Origin: Rhynchobatus australiae
Lineage: Eukaryota
Assembly: GCA_034780895.1 (NCBI GenBank)
Contig: JAUZTB010000076.1
Location: 52,184,236 to 52,247,987 of the forward strand
Direction of reading: 5' to 3'
DNA length: 63,752 nucleotides
Position 1 is the stretch's first letter. Each line of letters opens with the position of its first letter. This document shows positions 13,232 to 26,094 of the stretch, piece by piece. The notes below the pieces were generated by a model that was not told where the DNA came from, ran no database searches, and saw nothing but the letters and a program-made list of their open reading frames with translations. The position numbers and the translations under genes were made by a program.

Positions 13232-13271
13232 TGTTACGGACTAGGACTATTAGTGAGTGTCCCTTTTAGAT

Positions 13272-13339
<68 letters not shown>

Positions 13340-13793
13340 GCGTGTTTACGTCAACAGAAGATAAAGAACGTCATGACGTTGTTTTTGAAACAACCAGTCG
13401 GACTCAGTCTGAAGGAGAGAGAGAGAGACAGAAGAACGAGAGAGAGAGAGAGACACCAGCCTGCTTGTTTTCTCTGTCGATGGATGAGAAACAATNNNNN
13501 NNNNNNNNNNNNNNNNNNNNNNNNNNNNNNNNNNNNNNNNNNNNNNNNNNNNNNNNNNNNNNNNNNNNNNNNNNNNNNNNNNNNNNNNNNNNNNNGTTTG
13601 GGAATTTGCCACACACACACACGACAAGTTTAGTTAGTTTTTGGGAGTTAATGTTCAGGGTTTAACATTTTTGCTTTTAACATTCTAACATTTTTACTTT
13701 TATTTTACTTCTTATCATAAGTAGTTATTAATAAAATAGTTTTTAACATTTATACATGTCTTGGTGTGTTTCTTTTGTTGCTGGTTCATAACA
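13232..13793 (+). mobile_element. Solo LTR with 4-bp TSD GTAC
   Basis: Starts TGTTA and ends TAACA; GTAC at 13228-13231 and 13794-13797; AATAAA at 13730-13735; internal (GT)n and (GA)n tracts. Confidence 0.75.
13275..13337. repeat. (GT)n microsatellite inside the solo LTR
   Basis: About 31 uninterrupted GT units. Confidence 0.98.
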
Positions 13794-13899
13794 GTACTCT
13801 GAATCATTCTGCTACAGATGTGTCTGTAAATCTGATAGAAGGTCTTCTTTTCTTTTTCTATAACGCTTTCAGCAGGCCAGGCAGAAACTGGTTTTCATA

Positions 13900-14280
13900 T
13901 CTTGTTATGGGTTATTAGTCCTAACCTTCTTGAAGCAGTTGCTCTGTCTTCCTGGTAAGCTGGCACTCTACTCCCAGTGGCATCATGTACTAAGATTGCC
14001 AGGAGGGCAAAGTAAAATCCTCAAGGATATCCTTAAAGTCTCCATGTGGGAATCCCTGACCAACAGCACCTCAGAATCATCATCCAGGAGGGCACTGAGC
14101 CTCTTTGGGATTACGGGGAAGCTCAGCACAATCAACAGAACAAGCACACCTTGTTGCAATATTTACACGTGCTCACCCCATCGAGCACTTCCTGAGCCTC
14201 TGGGTGCCACATTGGCCTCAACAGCCAGCTCACAATCCACAGAACCACACTATCCTTGATTCCAATGAAAGAGTCCCAAC
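13900..14280 (+). mobile_element. RTE-clade LINE 3' fragment
   Basis: RLPGGQSKILKDILKVSM resembles the RTE GGQ.KR.KD.LK.S motif; a HIGL-type terminal motif follows. Confidence 0.6.
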
Positions 14281-14559
14281 TTCCATGCAAAGTCAAGCCA
14301 TAGTTATTTTATAATATAATATCATAACTTTGTCAGATAAAGCATTTCTGCAGTGTTTCTATAAATGGGATTGGTGAATATATTATAACTGTGTGACACT
14401 GTTGTCATTGACAACCCCAGCAACATCGCAAAGGCTATCTATCTTGAGTTCTGTAAACATTGCTCCATCCATTCGTGCCTTGTCTGCTGCCGAATTCCTC
14501 AGCCATGCTTTTGCTCACACTGGAATCCACTACTGTTAAGTACACACCTGGTCAGCTCT

Positions 14560-14980
14560 GTAAACTTAGGATCATTCTAAACTTTGCAGGCTGTGCCCCA
14601 ACTTGCACCCAAACTGCACTTACTTACCTACTTTGCCTTCTAAATAGACAACACCTCAGATTTAAAATTCCCGTCTCTGTGTCCAAGCCCGTCAGTTGCT
14701 CCGCTTCTCCCTCTCCCTGTAATATCCTCCAACCCCATTGTCTTCCAAGATATCTTCAGTAATCCAAATGTGGATGTCCCCAATTTCAATTAATGCCCAC
14801 TGAAAGTTCTGGAATTCCTTCGAAGTCTAACTCTCTTTCACCCTCTCAGATACTCTATAAGCCTAGCTTTGTGACCAAGTTTTTGATCATCTACCCTATA
14901 GGTGTTCAGTGTCAGATCTGGTTTCCTAATGCTGCCATGAGATACTTTGGAGATACATCAATGCAAGATATTGTTGTTGG
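14560..14980 (+). mobile_element. Old L2-like 3' fragment
   Basis: Degenerate L2-type 3' end (ctcagatttaaaattc...ctccctgtaatatcctccaacccc...); a related copy lies at about 37290-37590. Confidence 0.4.
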
Positions 14981-15352
14981 CTCAGTTATGATTGGTTAAC
15001 CAATAACAGACAGATTTAAGTAGTGTAGCGAAATGAATAATAATTGAGTACTGTTTCTGTAAAAAGACAACTAAGCTGGTACAACAACTTCGATTTTAAT
15101 TTTGTTATACAAAGGTACACTTCCTCTTTACTCCTGACTGTCTACAACCCTGGAGTACCTGTGTCCTTTTACAAATGCCAAGGTTTTACAGCACACAATT
15201 CAACTTTGACCATTGAGCTCAAAATATTCAAAAGAAGGTCCCCTTATGCAACCCCCTCCGCCCACCTACTTGATTTTTTGCTCTAACTACTGGGATATGT
15301 ATATGCAACAAAGGATGACGTCCTTGCTGATGTAGATTTTGTAATACATTAT

Positions 15353-15872
15353 AAGATAAGGTATCTTTATTAGTCACCTATATCGAAACACACAGTGAAA
15401 TACATCTTTTTTTGCGTAGTGTGTTCTGGGGGCAGCTCGCAAGTGTCGCCACGTTTCCTGCGCCAACACAGCATGCCCACAGTTTCCTAACCCAAAAATC
15501 TTTGGAACGTGGGAGGAAACCGGAGCACCTGGAGGGAACCCATGCAGACACAGGGAGAATGTATAAACTCCTTACAGACAGCAGTGGGAATTGAACCCGG
15601 GTCGCTGGTGCTGTAATAGTGTTACTCCAACCNNNNNNNNNNNNNNNNNNNNNNNNNNNNNNNNNNNNNNNNNNNNNNNNNNNNNNNNNNNNNNNNNNNN
15701 NNNNNNNNNNNNNNNNNNNNNNNNNNNNNNNNGGAAACCGGAGCACCTGGAGGGAACCCATGCAGACACAGGGAGAAAGTATAAACTCCTTACAGACAGC
15801 AGTGGGAATTGAACCCGGGTCGCTGGTGCTGTAATAGTGTTACTCCAACCGCTACACTACCGTGCCTGCCCA
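15353..15872 (-). mobile_element. V-SINE copy, tail type A (part duplicated across a 100-N gap)
   Basis: Reverse complement of the 846-1140 family. Confidence 0.85.
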
Positions 15873-16374
15873 AGCTAATTTTCCATTAAAAAAAACACAA
15901 TGTACATTTTGTCGGGTATCTTTAGGTTTCTGTCAGAGATATATACTTGATTTTATATAACACTTCATTTAACAAAATACCCTCAGGATGTAACCTTTTT
16001 AAAGAGACCTGATTCAATTTGTAATATATTAAAGTGCTCAAGGAAGTTTAATAATATTATTTTTCATATAAACAAGTAAAATTGCACTTAGGCTATTACA
16101 GTATCGTTACTTCTAATGTATCAGCTTCAGATACTGAGCCATCCTTGAAATATAGACAGGTACCACTTCAGGACATAAATCAGTGATCATTTGTGATCCA
16201 GATATGGCGTGATCTAATACAGGTTGTAAAATGTGAAACCCACATAAAAGCAGCAACTCAAAATAACAGGGCAATTAAGGAAAGAGAAATAAGGCAAAGA
16301 AATGTATTGGAAATAAACAGATTAATAAAGCAGAGCAGGCAGATGGACCACACAGCAAGAAAAATAGCTTGGAG

Positions 16375-16502
16375 AGACAAGAAACTGCAGATGCTGGAAT
16401 CTGGACAATAAACAATCTGCTGGAGGAACTCAGCAGGTCGAGCAGCATCTGTGGGAGGAGGGGAATTGTCAACAATTTAGGTTGAAGCCCTACATCAGGA
16501 CA
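16375..16502 (+). repeat. Dispersed elasmobranch short repeat (probably Penelope-associated)
   Basis: ctgcagatgctggaatctg...tgctggaggaactcagcaggtcgagcagcatctgtgg; related copies at about 21670-21730, 23770-23810 and 27445-27528. Family assignment is from memory. Confidence 0.55.
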
Positions 16503-17034
16503 AGATAAAGAAATGTGTACAACATAATATGAGAAAAATAGCTAACTGTAATTCAGAGGGGCTCTGAGAGACAACGACAAGGAGGTAGAAAGGAGAAGCA
16601 TCCTTNNNNNNNNNNGACTGCATCTTTTAGATTGGCATTATGAATGAGATCAGAGATAATTAGGATAACAGGGCAAGAACAAAGCAGCCAGACAGAGAAG
16701 CAATGGAGATTAAGTACAAAAGCATCTTATTAACCAATAAAAACAAACCAGTGCTCAATTGCCAGTCATGTTTCACTTATGACTTTTACTGCCATTGGTC
16801 ACTGCAAGCCAAAGTAAGTATACTTTAATTTTTACTTGTTTTCAATATTTTTTTATATTTTTCTCAGACATAGGATTAGGCCATTTGGCCCATAAGATTT
16901 ATGCCATCTGTCAGAGCAATCCCATCTGTCCCATTCCTCTACTTATTTCTCCATAACTTATTCCCTGTCACAGGACCACCGACTCGCCTCTGATCCTCCT
17001 GCCAATCACTTATACCGCCGGTAATTTACACCAG

Positions 17035-17200
17035 CAAATTAACCTTCCAGCACTCCTTGGGACATAAGAGGAAAGTGCAACACTGAGAGGAAAGCCACAC
17101 AATTATGGGGAGAATGTGCGAACATCACACCGCACCAGAATGGAGTCAGAATCGAACACAGATCACTGAAGCAATACCTGCAGGTCACCGTATTGCCCAA
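17035..17200 (-). mobile_element. Older V-SINE copy
   Basis: Degenerate reverse complement of the SINE core (ggggagaatgtgcgaac..cac; agaatcgaac). Confidence 0.6.
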
Positions 17201-19282
17201 ATAAGACTGGAACCAGAAAGATTTAAACATTTGTATTAGATTGTAGTTATATTGCCGTTACCTAGATCAACATTATTCCACGCAATCTATTAATCTCAGA
17301 GCAGAGCTATTTTGCTGACTTCTGCATTATTATTGATCACCAAGACCAGGCACTAAAGTGCTCTGGACATGATCGTAAATGGAGCTTACTGCTGGGCAGC
17401 CGGTGCTTCATGTTAGCAGAAAGTGACCAAGAGTTTCTGCTTCTTCACAACATCCAAAAGATTGCACATAAAGGTTATATAACAACCAAGCAATCTAATG
17501 GGTATTTATAAAATAAGACTGGGCTGGGGAATTTGCAATTAATTGTAAAAAGACCTTCTGTGCTGGGGTCTCACACCGCTGGAAGTTCCAAATCATGGAC
17601 TGACTCCCCGTTTACTGTGCCATGTTGGCACACATCCACACCCGAAACCCTTCCATGTTAGTATAACTGCAGCCTAAACAAAGTTGGGCTCCAGCAGAGG
17701 TCTTGTTTATGTTTGTGTTACAGAATTCGATCCATAGTGTCATTGTGAAAAAACATGAACTGCTTGTCCTAGCTCTTCCTAGAGTTTACGAGAATCTGAA
17801 GTATTGGAAAGTTGTTTGTTTTCCCACACATCAGTAAAGCTATTGCTCCATTCCACTCACTGAAGGAATCTTACTCTTCTTCCACCACTTCTGACCCAGT
17901 GCTCAATGTGATAATTACATCTGTACCTGATCTCACATGCAGAAATCACCAAAGAGTTTGGGCCTCGTTGCAGTTAATCTTGTGACGTTGACATTTTCAA
18001 TAAACAAAGTAGCTTCTTTGAGGTAGTCAATGCAAATGTAAGCCCGCCTGCGAGTGAAGGAGGGCCTCACAAAAGGAGAGTCAAAGAGCTGAAAGAAGAG
18101 GATGTAAAGAGAGAGGAAGAAAGGGGTAGAAGAGCAGCAGGTATGGGGGAGCATTGAGGTAGAAGAGGGCAGAGGGACAAAAAGTGAACTGGAAGAGAAA
18201 GAGAAAAGCCTGAGAGAAGTCAGAACATAAGGATGACAGGGTCTAAGAAAGCCACACAGGCTCATCAAGAGCACTTCTACAGGAGGCTAATATCATTGAA
18301 CTTGAACCTGAAAATATTGCCAATTTTCTTGCAATGTTCTGAAAAATAAACAAATTGTCACTTAATTTAACTACTAAGTCATTAGTATAATATGCACGTT
18401 AAATAACACTAAACTACTCCTCCTCTGACTCAGTGTAATTAATGATACCAAAGGTTGTTATTAAACTGTTTGATGTCTTTTCTCATCTGGTAGGTTACAG
18501 TGTAGACAGTTGTCATCAGGAACACTGTGCACTGCTGTAAATTTCTCCATTTGATGAGTAAATCAGTACTGTCAGTTCCTTTAAAACAAAATAACCTGCC
18601 TGTTATTTCTCAGCACTCAGTAATGTTAACAGGTTGAGCAGATTTATGTAATTGAACTGAAGTATTTAGCCTTAAATTAAAATACAGAGTCATCAAGTGT
18701 TAATTTAAAATGCTTATGAAGCTTGAATAGGTATTTAGAAATTTATTTGCCATTTGTAATAAATTCTATGCACTGATTAGAGGTTTCCTTCGTCTCTTGG
18801 TGTCCCAGAGTAATTGGTTCCCACCAATTCCAGACAACTTTCCGCAACAATAATCCAGTCTCCAAATCTGGAGGAAAACTGCTGTTTGCCTGAATTCTGC
18901 ACTGTCGTTCTTCTGGGCCAAAAGGGTTCACGTTAGAGGTGGCTAATTGTCTTGATTCATATGGGCCAGACAAAACATCTGGACCAAAGCCACACTTGCC
19001 AATTCACTGAGGCCCTCATTCAATATCTGCTATCATTCTGTATCACCCCAACCAGACAAATATTTGCAGATGGCGGATGGGAGAAACGTTGATTAAAACC
19101 TTGGCAGACAATCACACACATTTTTGCTGTGTGGGACAGGCAAGGTAAAAGGATAAGAGAATACCTTTTCCCTTTTCAACCTCATCTAAAGAGCCTCTTT
19201 ATTCAGTTCCTATAAACATAGGTGCATTGATTGCAACTCATATGCTATGCAGAAGGTTATGATCTAACCCAAGACCTTCCAC

Positions 19283-19500
19283 AAGAACACAAGAAAATAG
19301 GAGCAGGAGTAGGCCAACTGGCCCCTCAAGCCTGCTCCACCATTCAATATGATCATGGCTGACTCCTCTTCTGTGATGGTTCCCCATAACCCTCAATTCC
19401 TTGATCTTTCAAATACTTATCTATCTCCTCCTGAAATATATCTAATGATCTGGCCTCCAGCACCCTCAGGGGGAGAGAATTTCAGAGATTCACTACCCTC
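19283..19500 (-). mobile_element. CR1 LINE 3' end
   Basis: aagaacacaagaaaataggagcaggagtaggcca...gcctgctccaccattcaatatgatcatggctga, a typical reversed CR1 tail. Confidence 0.75.
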
Positions 19501-21004
19501 TGTTCTTATAGGTTGAATTTATTTACTCACAGGATGTGAATGTCGTTGGGATTGGCAGCAATTATTATTGCCCATCTTCAGTTGCTCCTGAACTGAGGAG
19601 GCAGTTAAGAGTCAACCACATTAGTGAGACGAGAATCACGTATAAACCAGATGGAACAAAAGTGGCAGAATTCCTCTCCTGAAGGACATTAGTGAGCCAT
19701 AGCAGTTACAACAATCCAGTGGTTTCATGGTCAACATTACTGGGACTAGCTTTCTTTTAAATTCCAGACTTATTTAATTACTTGTTTCCCAGCTGCCTTA
19801 GTGGGGATCGGACTCATATTCCTGGATCAATGATCAAGAGCTCTAGCTCTTCACATAAGGAATATGNNNNNNNNNNNNNNNNNNNNNNNNNNNNNNNNNN
19901 NNNNNNNNNNNNNNNNNNNNNNNNNNNNNNNNNNNNNNNNNNNNNNNNNNNNNNNNNNNNNNNNNNNNNNNNNNNNNNNNNNNNNNNNNNNNNNNNNNNN
20001 NNNNNNNNNNNNNNNNNNNNNNNNNNNNNNNNNNNNNNNNNNNNNNNNNNNNNNNNNNNNNNNNNNNNNNNNNNNNNNNNNNNNNNNNNNNNNNNNNNNN
20101 NNNNNNNNNNNNNNNNNNNNNNNNNNNNNNNNNNNNNNNNNNNNNNNNNNNNNNNNNNNNNNNNNNNNNNNNNNNNNNNNNNNNNNNNNNNNNNNNNNNN
20201 NNNNNNNNNNNNNNNNNNNNNAGTGGAGTCTGTGGGGGTGGTGGTGATAACATTGAAAATAGGTTGCAGACATTAAACGATTTAAAATTACAATGAATGT
20301 ATAATCACCCGGTGTAGGCTGGAGTGCTGTGACAAAGCAGAGAGGTTGAGAAGGCTCCATAAACTGATTTAACCATTGCATCTAAACCCTAGATGTTGGG
20401 GGGGGGGGGGGGTTTGGCGGCAGGTGAGTAGCTTCAAACCAGTTGTGTGACTTTAAATAACATTGTCAAAAAGCACTAACGCCTTTATATAAAGTCACCC
20501 AGCTCTCTGCCCAACTCCCACCCTTAAACATGACTAACAGTGTGCAGGGTGACACACACCTTCTGCCAATGCAGCCTTCACAGTCACTGAATGTTCCAGG
20601 GTTGGTGACATCTTGTGTACATATTGAAGACCAGTGTAGTTTCCTTCATACACTCCAGATTCTGTCAAAAGTGAATAGATTTACATAAGATGTACAGCAG
20701 TGAAATAGGCCATTCAGCCCAACTGTTCCATGCCAATATTTATGCTCCATCTGAATCTTTCCTCATTTTGTTCATCTCGAACTATCAGCAGATCCTTATA
20801 TGTATTTCTCTCTCATAAAATTATCTCATTTCTTTGTAACTGCACCTTTACTGTTTGCCACACTTACTCCCTTAATACGTTCTAATACATCTCTGGATAG
20901 AGAAGATCCTACTGTTTTCCTTTTGGATATATTACTGAATTTCTTATATTACGTTCTTTAATTTTGTTGTCCTTTGCAAGTGGAAGTATCTTCTCTTCTA
21001 TTCA

Positions 21005-21345
21005 ACAGCATCACGGTGGTGCAGGTAGCAGAGCTGCTTCCTCACAGCTCCGGCAACCTGGGTTCAATCCTGACCTCTAGTCCAGTGATGTGGAGTTTGC
21101 ATCGTCTCCTTGTGACTGCCTGTATTTCCTTCAGGTTTCCTCCCACATTGCAGAGATGTGCAAGTTGGTTGGTTAATTGGCCACTGTAAATTGCCCCTGG
21201 TGTGTCGGTAGAACCTGAGGACAGTTGATAGGATTGTGGGAAGAATAAAATGGGATTAGTGTAGGAATTGTGTAACTAGGTGCTCGTTAGCATGGACAGT
21301 GGGCTGCATGGCCTGTTTCTGTACTATAGGCCTTTATGACTCTAA
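21005..21345 (+). mobile_element. HE1-type V-SINE with CR1 tail, nested in an old minus-strand CR1 fragment (about 20680-21560)
   Basis: A/B boxes (ggtggtgcagg; gggttcaatcc), the core, and tail gggctgcatggcctgtttctgtact..ctttatgactcta; the CR1-like sequence continues on both sides. Confidence 0.75.
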
Positions 21346-22876
21346 CACTACATAATTTTAGACCACTATTAAGTTATTCCTCATCATTTCTAGAGGGTGA
21401 TAAACATGCAGTCTTTTAGGATAGTTATAAACTCTTAATCATTATTTTAGTTTTTTCCTTTTCCTCTATGAGTTCATTGTAATCTGGAGACCAGTACTAT
21501 GCACAGTTCCCAGGGCATCCTAACCAAGTGTCAGTTGTAGTTCAATATCGCCTCTCTGCAAGCCTTTGACTTTTTTATGAGATATTTCGCTGCTCATGGA
21601 GTGTTATGTAGAGATCACATCAATCTAACAATATTTACTGTTAGCAAACAAATAGCAAAAAAAAAGTTCCATGTACTGGAAATCTGAATTAATAATAGAA
21701 AATACTGGAAATACTTAGCAGGTTGCGGTATATTATGAGACCATGGTAATCCATTGCAAAACAACATTACTTTATCACAATAAATGGTAGTTGATATAAT
21801 GACTGATTACATTTCAGGTAAAGTATAGATTGATACCAGCCAACAAGGACAGTCTAATAAANNNNNNNNNNCCCCTGTTTGACAGCTATAACAGGAAAGA
21901 GTTTTGACCCTACAAGATAGCCTATTTATTTATCTGAGTCCCGTCTGTTCTTATAGCTATTCAAAAATTGTCAGTGTACATTAGAAAATTACTGTGGGAA
22001 ACACTTCTAATCATGAATGCTAGAAAAGATCAGAAAAAAAATATATGGAGCACTTCTTGAAACCCAGAATAATAGCACATAAAAAGTAATAGCAACCAAC
22101 ATATTATCCCTGGCAATTTAGAGATATTTCAATCTTCAGAGAGATCATCTGTTGAAGCTGGAATATTTTTTAACCAGGTCAGATTTGTTTGACGTAGTTT
22201 GTCCTTGTGTATGTTTTCAAAATTCATTTCCAGTAGAGGTAGAGCCCCAGAAAGGGGCAGTGAGGTCAATGAACTTCTTATCAGGAATGTACAAATTGTT
22301 ATCCTCTTACTCTGTATTCAAAATGCTACTTTTCCAAAATAGCTTACAACCTTCCTTTGTGATAATAGGTAAACATGATGTTATCGCTTTTTCTCATCAA
22401 GTATTGTAACAAAATATTTTAAGGCTTCTTTTTTAACCAGATCGACAATAAAGATGTATTTGCATAGTCAACAAATAAGATGTCTTGAGATGCTTTTCAT
22501 ATTGGAAAGCATCTTAAAACAATTTACAAAGTGACAAGCAAGAGCAAAGCTCCAAATGGAAGAACAATTTTGCCACAGTAGAGTTGAAATGGTGCTGCTC
22601 CTTCAGATAGAATTTCTGAGCTGCGTCAGGTGGGAGATTAATAGGTTTCATTATATCTCAATTATTGTTCCATTGCTGTTCATTAAATGTCTCTGCTTTC
22701 TGTAGCAAATAAAACTTTTATTCATAAATGAAATTTTAACAAACACACTTCTTCCTCCTCTAGTATTCACTTTCTTGCATCAGTACAGAAACGTTTTGAA
22801 CATCTTTCAGATTTAATTATCCATACATACCGATAACAAATGGTTTGAGTTTAATAGATGATCATATTATCAGTCT

Positions 22877-23010
22877 GGGAATTTCCACACACAGAAACGT
22901 CATCATTCAACTCCTAAACTGTTGGTAGTGTAACCTTGTCAGCTTCCTGCAGCCCACTGATTGGTTAGACAACTGACTGAACTCCAACCAGTTTGTGTAT
23001 GTAAGTCACT
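22877..23010 (+). promoter_or_regulatory. Proximal promoter of the RGS gene
   Basis: Perfect kB site GGGAATTTCC 22877-22886, CRE half-site ACGTCA at about 22898-22903, ETS-like CTTCCT at 22943, NF-Y CTGATTGGTT 22957-22966 and TATA-like tatgtaag at about 22998; all 110-240 bp upstream of the ATG. Confidence 0.6.
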
Positions 23011-23116
23011 GAGTCCAGCTGGAGCAGTCAGTCTGTGCATCGAAGACTTTGAAACCAGAAGAAGAAAATTTTTTGAAGGAGATTTAACAGCTCCCGGTAA
23101 ATAAAAATAAAAAAAA

Positions 23117-23160
23117 ATGTGCCAAGGACTATCATCACTACCAAGCTGCTACTTAGAAAG
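23117..23160 (+). CDS. RGS5: R4 RGS protein (RGS5-like), coding exon 1
   Basis: MCQGLSSLPSCYLE(R), compare RGS5 MCKGLAALPHSCLER; 44 nt, donor AG|gtattg. The symbol is tentative (see findings). Confidence 0.9.
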
Positions 23161-24314
23161 GTATTGTTACTTAATAGTTTTCATTATAATGTGTATCTTT
23201 GTACAAGGAAGGTTGTTGAGAAAACTACTTGTTTTATCTTCAGAAAGAATATTGCATTCATAGCCTGTTGTCAGATGCATGTATTTCAGATTCTTATATT
23301 TTGCTAAACTGCTTATTAGTGCAATATAAGGGAGATACAGATAGCAGTTCTGGGGCTTTTTTCACAAGCCTAAAGCATAATGATGTGTAGTAACACCAAT
23401 TGTACTCAGTCACAAATCCTCTTCTAGTTAATCCTAACTTCCACTATGGTGTCAAAATTGTGAAGGAATATTGGGCAAAAAGTGTTTAGTGCATCTGAAT
23501 AATTCTGAAATTAGAGACCTGGGAGGTTACAGCTGAAAAAATATTTAAATTTTGAATAGATTTTCATCAGTTGAAGACTTGAGATCTATAAAATATTGAA
23601 GGACTACGTCAGACAAATCTGTAGTGGGACTCAAACCAACGTCTGCGGTTCAGATTATATTTCCAGATTAGGATAGCTGAACCACTAAAAGAGGTCTCTT
23701 CACAGAGTTAGCACAACAGTTATCAGGGCATGCTGTCTCGCTAAATTTTGTTTTACTCAGATTATCAGACATGCAAATGCTTGAAATCTGAAACAGAAAA
23801 ATGTTGTAAGTGGCCAAGATAATAATCTTGGAACGAAGAGGCAGCAATGGAGCCCAAGATATTATCCTTGCTCTTATTTCAGCTATGAGGTATTTTCAAC
23901 ATCCTGCCTCATTTTTTAAATTTAATATGAATGACTTAAGTGACACAATTACCCCTAAGATTTGAGTTGCCCCAATTCTTCTCAAGTGTTAGCAGGGTAT
24001 TTCTCTGTTGCAATCTGTTGCAGTTTTGGCTCAAACCAGGATTTCCTGCGGTTAATCCATAGAATAAGTTAGTCTCAATTGTTTTTCTGAAACATTGATT
24101 TATGCAGAGCCATGAGTGACAGTACCTGATTGAACCCGATTTAAAGGATTGATGATAAGAAAGAAAGAGCAGATACCTTTAAATAGCAAAGAAGACTAGT
24201 TATAAGAGTATTAATGAATTCCAAAATAATAAGTGGAAAAGTTCATAATGATCATAGAAAACATCAAAAGTGATTTTTTTTTGTGTGACTAAACTTGTTT
24301 TTTTTTATTTCCAG

Positions 24315-24413
24315 GGCAAAGGGTATCAAGGCTCGGCTGGGAATCTTTCTACAGAAGTCAAAGAAAACTTATGGCTCTGTGCAAGCAAACAAGATAGATA
24401 AAGCAAAATCCAG
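24315..24413 (+). CDS. RGS5: RGS5-like exon 2
   Basis: ttttatttccag|G AKGIKARLGIFLQKSKKTYGSVQANKIDKAKS AG|gtgagt; 99 nt, phase consistent. Confidence 0.92.
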
Positions 24414-24523
24414 GTGAGTACATGTCCAACTTCGAAGCAGAACCACTGACCTTCAAAGAAGCTTTACCTCTTACCTCTCAAAATATACTAACGAAGACTG
24501 TTGTATATTTTATTTTCAATCAG

Positions 24524-24585
24524 ACCCTCCTCAGAGGAAGCAAAGAATTGGAGAGAATCTCTGGACAAAATGCTTTCTTATAAAT
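24524..24585 (+). CDS. RGS5: RGS5-like exon 3
   Basis: caatcag|A PSSEEAKNWRESLDKMLSYK T|gtaagt; 62 nt, start of the RGS domain. Confidence 0.93.
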
Positions 24586-25927
24586 GTAAGTGGGCATGTA
24601 TATTAATCCTGCCATAATTGGGACTCTGTAATGTTGTTTTTCATTAAGNNNNNNNNNNNNNNNNNNNNNNNNNNNNNNNNNNNNNNNNNNNNNNNNNNNN
24701 NNNNNNNNNNNNNNNNNNNNNNNNNNNNNNNNNNNNNNNTAAAATGTTTATGCCAATACATGTAATGACCAAAGGCAAAATATTTTCAGGTTTTTTTTCT
24801 TAAGTGTCAAACTTGCAAAATAATTCATTTGTTTCGAAACGATCGGCTAAGAGCACTGCAGAAACCAAAAGTGAGGGGGTGGGGGTTGGAATTCTTCCCT
24901 GAACAAGGGCAAGTTCCAGAGGAAAGGAATATCCACAAAGTATTTTACCCAGCACACTTCTACCTTCCACGTGCAGTACTCTCGCACTCCTCCAAGGAGC
25001 CTATTCCATCTCCTGTTGGAATCTGCATCCCTTGGACAAATTGGCAACCTGTTTCCTCCAGAAAAGGAAAAGCCTCTTGACAGCTCCAGGGAACCAAGTT
25101 TCTGTCCTTTTTTTTTCCAGATTATTATGCTATGAAGATGGCTAAGAGCCTGGGAAATGAATAAATTTAGTCAATCTGAACCCAATAACCTGACTGTAAT
25201 GACACTATGGACACCTTTGATGGTGTCTTTGTTTTTTATTTGCTCTAAAGTCTTTTGTACAGCCCTTTTTCACTGTATGGTATAATTATACCGATAATTT
25301 ACATTCTGGGTGATGTCTGTACCTATGTGTCAATGACTCTGTTGTAAGCAAGTTTTTTTCATTGTACTGTACCTCACTGTACTTGTGCACATGACAATAA
25401 ACTTGACTACAGGTGCCTGCTAGGATCAAACAGGAGCACCAGGGTTGGTGTACAAGTTGGCATACAAGCTAAGGGGTCATTGTGAGAAATTACCAGCAGT
25501 GCTTAGCCAGGATCTATGTAACTTGGAGGCAATCCTTTCCCACGTTGATCCATTATCCAGTCAAATCCAAAGGGATATTCGAAGCATGTGGTTCTCATTT
25601 CGTGCTTCCTGGAAAATTGCCTGATGCCACTTTGGGATCCTGAACTTGCTCAGCCACAGAAGGGCAATAAATGAGAGGGTGGATAGCAATAATAATTCAC
25701 TTTTGTAAATTCTGCTTGCTGTCAATCCATCCACAGGAAACCTCCTTCAGATCACTATTGCACAATAAAAGATCTTTACTTATTTTCAAAAGAAAAATGC
25801 ATGATTTGTCCTGGAATGTAAAAAATATTTTACAAGACTGAAAATATGGAATGAATTTGTCCCATCTTTAAACCAGTAAAGCCTTTGCATCCATTAGAAT
25901 TATGATTTTCCCCTCTTCTTTTGGTAG

Positions 25928-26094
25928 ATGGTTTGGCTGCCTTCAGAGCTTTCCTTTGCTCAGAGTACAGCGAGGAGAACATTGAGTTCTGGCTGGCCTG
26001 TGAGGACTACAAGAAAATCAGGTCACCTGCAAAACGAGCCTCCAAAGCAAAGAAGATTTATTTGGAATTCATAGAAACAGATGCTCCGAAAGAG
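25928..26094 (+). CDS. RGS5: RGS5-like exon 4 (GC donor)
   Basis: ttggtag|[57 protein letters not shown]|gcgagt; 167 nt. Confidence 0.95.

Noticed and set aside
15515-15850. Near-identical approximately 118-bp SINE segment repeated in tandem
   Set aside because: The copies flank a 100-N gap and differ by one base, so an assembly overlap or haplotype artefact is most likely.
17933-18274. 113-aa ORF and purine-rich tract
   Set aside because: Low-complexity GA-rich sequence.
20300-20500. Poly-G run, strong CAG|GTGAGT donor and a TATA-like palindrome upstream of the RGS gene
   Set aside because: It could be an upstream exon, but no supporting acceptor or other evidence can be seen.
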